Shown in pieces: positions 60,940-64,000 of a stretch of 64,000 bases of DNA; position 1 is the stretch's first letter; every line of letters starts with the position of its first letter. The position numbers were made by a program, and so were the translations under genes. Under the pieces are notes generated by a model. It saw only the letters and a program-made list of their open reading frames with translations, made no database searches and had not been told where the DNA came from. This DNA comes from an uncultured Gemmatimonadales bacterium. Lineage in GTDB: Bacteria > Gemmatimonadota > Gemmatimonadetes > Longimicrobiales > RSA9. The stretch is from NCBI GenBank assembly GCA_963798845.1, contig CAWCUS010000006.1, positions 448,001 to 512,000 of the forward strand, in the 5' to 3' direction.

Positions 60940-62306
60940 CAGGGCAGGTGAACCCCGCTGGGCGTGCCGGGTTCCTCGATCGCCCGCATGACGGCGAGCA
61001 CCGTCGCTTCACCGTCCCTGCGGCCCACGACCTGGACGGCGACCGGGGCGCCGCCGGCGTCCACGCCCAGCGGCACCACGCCCGCGGGCAGGCCCGCCAG
61101 GTTCCACGACGCCGCGAACGGCGCGTACCGGGCGTTGGCGACGACGTTGGCGAGCCACCCGGCCCGCGACCACTCCCTCGCCTCGATGGGTGGCGCCGCC
61201 AGGGCAGGGGTGATGAGGACGTCGTGGGACCGGAAGAAGTCGTCGACTCCATGGCGCCAGCGCTCGGCGAGGCGCTCGCGGGGACCGCCGCTCCGCAGGA
61301 CCCACCGCCCGAACCGCGCGTGGGTCCGGGTGCGCGCCTGGAGCGCTTCGGCGTCCAGGCGGCCGGCGGCCGCCAGCGCGTCCACGGCCGCCGCCACGCC
61401 GGCGAACCAGCGGGCGAAGATGGGAAGCACGTCGAGCGGGGAGTAGGGAGGGTCGGCGCGCGCCACGCGGTGGCCCGCGTCCGCCAGCCGACCCGCCGCC
61501 TCGGAGGCCGCGGCCGCCCACGCGCGGTCGACGCTCCCGCCGGGGAGCGGCGTCCGGGTGGAAAGCGCGACCGAAAGGGTGCCGTCCAGGACCGCGTCGG
61601 CGAGCGACGGCCTCTCGCACAGCACGGCGGCGCCCAGCGCGGCGTCGGCGGCCGTGCGGGCCAGCGGCCCGTCGGTCGTCATCCCGAACCAGTCGCCGCC
61701 TGCGAGCCCCGTGGGCGCGGCGCCGCGGCCGAGCCTCAGCCCCGCCAGGCCGCACGCGGCCGCCGGGATCCGCACCGAGCCCAGCCCGTCGTTGCCCAGC
61801 GCAAGCGGCACCATCCCGGCCGCCACGGCCGCCGCGCTGCCGCCCGACGAGCCGCCCGGCGTCCGTCCGGGCCGCACCGGGTTCTGCGTCACGCCCCAGT
61901 CGCCGTCGGTGGTGGCCCAGATCCCCATTTCCGGGAGCGCCGTCTTTCCCACCACGATGGCGCCGGCAGCACGGAGACGGGCGACGGGGCCGGCGTCCGC
62001 CTGCGCGGGCGAGCCGGCCACGGCGGCGGAGCCCATCCGCGTCGGCTCTCCCGCCACGTCCAGGTTGTCCTTGATCCCGATCGGGACGCCCGCGAGCGGA
62101 AGCCGGCGCAGGTCGTCGCGCTCGAGGAGGCGCTCCGCTTCCGCCAGCGCGGCCTCGCGGCGCACGAGTACGAACGCGCCCACCACCGGATCCCGGTCGC
62201 GGATCCGGTCCACGCTCTCCCGCACCACGTCCGCGGGTGAGCGCGCCCCCGAGCGTACGTCGGCGGCGATGGCGGTTGCGGTCCAGCCCTGCTCCAGCTC
62301 AGTCAC
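60939..62306 (-). CDS. Amidase-signature family enzyme
   Basis: GVPIGIKDN, GGSSGGSAAAVAAG and DGLGSVRIPAA; probable GTG start at 62306. Confidence 0.9.
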   Translation of the reverse strand: MTELEQGWTATAIAADVRSGARSPADVVRESVDRIRDRDPVVGAFVLVRREAALAEAERLLERDDLRRLPLAGVPIGIKDNLDVAGEPTRMGSAAVAGSPAQADAGPVARLRAAGAIVVGKTALPEMGIWATTDGDWGVTQNPVRPGRTPGGSSGGSAAAVAAGMVPLALGNDGLGSVRIPAAACGLAGLRLGRGAAPTGLAGGDWFGMTTDGPLARTAADAALGAAVLCERPSLADAVLDGTLSVALSTRTPLPGGSVDRAWAAAASEAAGRLADAGHRVARADPPYSPLDVLPIFARWFAGVAAAVDALAAAGRLDAEALQARTRTHARFGRWVLRSGGPRERLAERWRHGVDDFFRSHDVLITPALAAPPIEAREWSRAGWLANVVANARYAPFAASWNLAGLPAGVVPLGVDAGGAPVAVQVVGRRDGEATVLAVMRAIEEPGTPSGVHLP

Positions 62307-62561
62307 GCGCTCTCCGGTGCCGGGCGTTGAGGCAATCTCCACATTTCGCAGCCATGACGCCATGACCGTGCCGTTTCGCCGCGGGCGTCGCGGCCGCCGG
62401 GGCACGGGGCGGAGGGTGGCCAATGGTCGGGAGTTTCCCTACCATTTATGGTTCTGCCCGGCACGAATCGATGCGCCCGGCGCAGGGGCCCGCGCGCGGG
62501 CGGGAATGCATGTTGCCCCGTCGGGATGGGTTCCGGGGGCGACCGAACGAACAGGAGCGCG

Positions 62562-63710
62562 ATGAGCGCCGAGAACGGAGTGAAGGGGTACGCGCCGACG
62601 GGGAAGGACACGGGCGTGGTGAAGTCGAAGGGGACGGCCCGGATCCCGATCGAGGACGGCGCGGCGATCGATATCAGGGAGCGGAAGCCGCAGTGGCTGA
62701 AGGTCCGCTCTCCAGGCGGGGAGAACTACCGTCGGCTGAAGACGCTGATGCGGCACCAGCGGCTGCACTCGGTGTGCGAGGAGGCCGGCTGCCCGAACAT
62801 CGGCGAGTGCTGGCAGGCGGGCACGGCCACGTTCCTGATCCTGGGCGACGTGTGCACGAGGGCGTGCAAGTACTGCGCGATCGCCCACGGCATGCCGACG
62901 GAGCTGGACGAGGACGAGCCCCGGCGGGTGGCCGAGGCGGTGTCCGAGCTGCGGCTGCGCCACGTGGTGGTCACGAGCGTGAACCGCGACGAGCTGCCGG
63001 ACGGTGGCGCCTGGATCTTCGCCGAGACGATCCGTCTCACGCGCGAAGCACGGCCCGGTTGCACCATCGAGGTGCTGACGCCCGACTTCAAGGGCGACGA
63101 GGCGGCGATCGCCACGGTCTCGCGGGCAAAGCCGGACATCTACGCCCACAACCTGGAGACCGTGGAGCGGCTGCACCCGTCGGCCCGGCCGGGCGGACGC
63201 TACTGGCGGAGCATCTCCTTCCTGGGCTACGCGAAGAAGCTGGACCCGGACATGCTGACCAAGTCCGGCATCATGGTGGGGCTGGGGGAGACGCAGGAGG
63301 AGATCCGGCAGTCGATGGCGGACCTGCGCAAGGCGAGCGTGGACATCATGACCATCGGCCAGTACCTGCGCCCCTCGGAGCACCATGCGCCCGTGGCCCG
63401 CTGGGTCACGCCCGAGGAGTTCCGGATGTGGAAGCGGATCGGGGAGGAGGAGCTGGGCTTCAGGCACGTGGAGGCCGGCGCGCTGGTGCGCTCCAGCTAC
63501 CACGCCGAGACGCAGGCGCGCACCGTGGGCGCGGGCGGAGTGGGCGAGATCACGGAAGTGCTGGAGAAGGACGAGGCGGCGCCGGGCGAGCTGTCGCCCG
63601 ATGAGCTGGCGGCGCGCCGCGCTGCGGGCGGGTCTCTGGAGCACGGGCTGCGCGCGTCTGGCGCGAACGGTGCGGCCCCCGCTCTGGTGCAGATCGAAGG
63701 TCGGAGCTAG
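62562..63710 (+). CDS. lipA: Lipoyl synthase
   Basis: [21 protein letters not shown] and VRSSYHA. Confidence 0.96.
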   Translation: MSAENGVKGYAPTGKDTGVVKSKGTARIPIEDGAAIDIRERKPQWLKVRSPGGENYRRLKTLMRHQRLHSVCEEAGCPNIGECWQAGTATFLILGDVCTRACKYCAIAHGMPTELDEDEPRRVAEAVSELRLRHVVVTSVNRDELPDGGAWIFAETIRLTREARPGCTIEVLTPDFKGDEAAIATVSRAKPDIYAHNLETVERLHPSARPGGRYWRSISFLGYAKKLDPDMLTKSGIMVGLGETQEEIRQSMADLRKASVDIMTIGQYLRPSEHHAPVARWVTPEEFRMWKRIGEEELGFRHVEAGALVRSSYHAETQARTVGAGGVGEITEVLEKDEAAPGELSPDELAARRAAGGSLEHGLRASGANGAAPALVQIEGRS

Positions 63711-63769
63711 TAGGCGGAACCCCCTCCGCCGCGGGCGCCTGCCGGCCGCGGAGGTCACCAGGGATGCGG

Positions 63770-64000
63770 ATGGCAGAGAAAACGAACAACCGGAAGCGCT
63801 CGCGCGACGACGGGGCGGCGGCCACGGTGCCGGCCGCGGACCTGGAAGCGCTGGAGCGCTACGACCGCGAGGAGCTGCACCGCATGCTGCGGCTCATGCT
63901 CCTGGGGCGCCGCTTCGAGGAGAAGGCGGCGGAGGCCTACGCGCTCGGCAGGATCGGCGGCTTCTGCCACCTCTACATCGGGCAGGAGGCCGTCGCCACC
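63770..64000 (+). CDS. pdhA: Pyruvate dehydrogenase E1 alpha subunit (5' part only)
   Basis: Manual translation ...[35 protein letters not shown]; follows lipA. Confidence 0.92.
   Translation, partial: MAEKTNNRKRSRDDGAAATVPAADLEALERYDREELHRMLRLMLLGRRFEEKAAEAYALGRIGGFCHLYIGQEAVAT

Overview
High-GC bacterial chromosomal segment, probably Gemmatimonadota (inferred from gene style and order, not verified). It spans the replication origin: dnaN-dnaA / rpmH-rnpA-yidD-yidC, two parS sites, parA-parB-M23 peptidase-bactofilin. A BUS-type oriC (DnaA boxes plus DnaA-trios) lies between dnaA and dnaN, and a second DnaA-box cluster lies about 10 kb away. Flanking genes include exported peptidases (S9, M1, M23, M28, M14), DsbD, a VIT-vWA/ECF sigma/anti-sigma cluster, dinB, fhs, pyrE, a glycosyltransferase/flippase/sulfotransferase cluster, a deoxyhypusine synthase-like gene, lipA and the start of pdhA. 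The best candidate for an undescribed system is at the left edge and is missing from the ORF track because it runs off the window: a >958-aa helical CHAT (caspase-like) protease with an intact His-Cys dyad, overlapping a 243-aa gene that encodes a beta-rich protein with a long uncharged helical hairpin and N-terminal xRG motifs (a possible protease-activated membrane effector). Other signals are TonB-box-like motifs in both the VIT-vWA protein and the anti-sigma factor, a palindrome/IHF-like/palindrome element, and two intergenic tandem arrays. Five genes carry single-base frameshifts that look like assembly errors, and two of them create false fusions in the ORF track. No rRNA, tRNA, CRISPR array or transposase was recognised.
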